Shown here in pieces: positions 63,022 to 64,000 of a DNA stretch of 64,000 bases. The notes under the pieces were generated by a model. It was given only the letters and a program-made list of their open reading frames with translations. It searched no databases and had not been told where the DNA came from. The stretch is taken from the NCBI GenBank assembly GCA_029953675.1, contig JAMWBK010000001.1, forward strand, positions 1,860,001 to 1,924,000, read 5' to 3'. A program made the position numbers and the translations under genes. Position 1 is the first letter of the stretch. The number at the start of each line of letters is the position of its first letter. This DNA is from Rhodosorus marinus CCMP1338. Its lineage: Eukaryota > Plantae > Rhodophyta.

Positions 63022-63800
63022 CTACAAGGCCTGTTTCATCCTCCCGTACTTCTCGATACACCTCTGCTCAAATGCCTGAACCATCTTGCTTGCGACCTAG
63101 GGAGAGATACAAACCAACACTTGACCTAAGATTCCTGTAGTGGAACGGATTCTAAACACTGGCCGGAGAGATGAGGAAGACGGGTGGCAAAAGGTATTAC
63201 CTGGTCGAAGAAAATTGACGACAGACCTTGATACATTTGATTCTTAAACTGGAAGGCGATTAAGAATTCCAGCCACGTTGTACTTTCGCGAGGTCCTTGC
63301 TTGAACAACCACTCATTTACCAGGAACTGGAAAAGCGGATTGTTCTGCACTTCTGCTCTCACAGACTTTTGGGGTTCCACTGTGACAAGGCTCGTATACT
63401 GCTCTGAAAGCAAATTGAAACCAACTCCAAGTTTTGCTTGAAAGCAGCTGCCGTTGGAGCTAATTATCCGGCTATCTGTACACCAGGGCACAAATTCCTT
63501 GTATTCGTCGACATTCTTCACCACCTCGTAAACCTGTTCAGGGGAAAAGTTTACTAGTCTCCGCTCCAAATGCTTTTTCGGCACCATTTCCTCCACCTCC
63601 TCACTCGCAAAAGGATTCAGAGACGTAAACAGAGCTCGCTTCGGAGGCGAAACGAACCCCCTACGATCAAAACTATCCCCAGATGCAAACCGCGCAAAGA
63701 TCCTCTTCGACCCCATCGCACCGGCACCCATCCCCATCCTCAACATCCCCACATCTGACCGCATCGCCCTCATCCCAGCCATCAACGACACACTCCCCAT
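63022..63800 (-). CDS. COQ10: COQ10 coenzyme Q-binding START-domain protein, mitochondrial
   Basis: complement join(63022..63096,63201..63800). Arg/Met-rich presequence, FSPEQVYEVVKNVDEYKEFVPWC, LGVGF...EQYTSLV and VQAFEQRC. Confidence 0.88.
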
Positions 63801-64000
63801 CCTTCACGCTCCCAAACCAACCAGAACCTCTACCTACCGCAACCCAAACACCCCAAGCTCAAGACAAACAAGAACCAACTAAACGCCACCCACGAACACC
63901 CGTTCCATCAAAACTATACCCATCCTATACCACTCATCCGCCTTGATTTCTTAAATCTTGCAATTCCAATATTCATACTCCATCTCCACTTCACCCCGCA

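Overview
Gene-dense eukaryotic nuclear DNA with short GT-AG introns, most likely from a red alga. Evidence: the EF-1alpha resembles red-algal EF-1alpha as I recall it, plastid transit peptides have the M...GFV form, and the glucan water dikinase has no transit peptide, consistent with cytosolic floridean starch. About 25 genes can be modelled by hand: presenilin 3' end, CCT protein, Exo84, ALDH3, DUF2828, plastid J-protein, ARM-like protein, COX6C-like, leucine aminopeptidase, bacterial-type cupin, tandem-CBM48 protein, MYDGF-like, DEAD-box helicase, RPAP3-like, CDC123, NAR1, GWD, SART3, RPL37A, EF1A, PanE-like and COQ10. Highlights: (1) an accessory island at about 37.9-44.9 kb holds four paralogues (one a pseudogene) of an unrecognised small acidic glycine-zipper membrane protein, each with the same ACTGTCAGC/GCTGACAGT element about 320-400 nt upstream; (2) the GWD stops right after its phosphohistidine domain and lacks the ATP-binding domain; (3) an MYDGF homologue and two intron-bearing bacterial-type genes are present. 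No tRNA, rRNA or CRISPR array was found. All exon models and family calls are manual, with no database search, and several intergenic stretches probably hold further genes I could not resolve.
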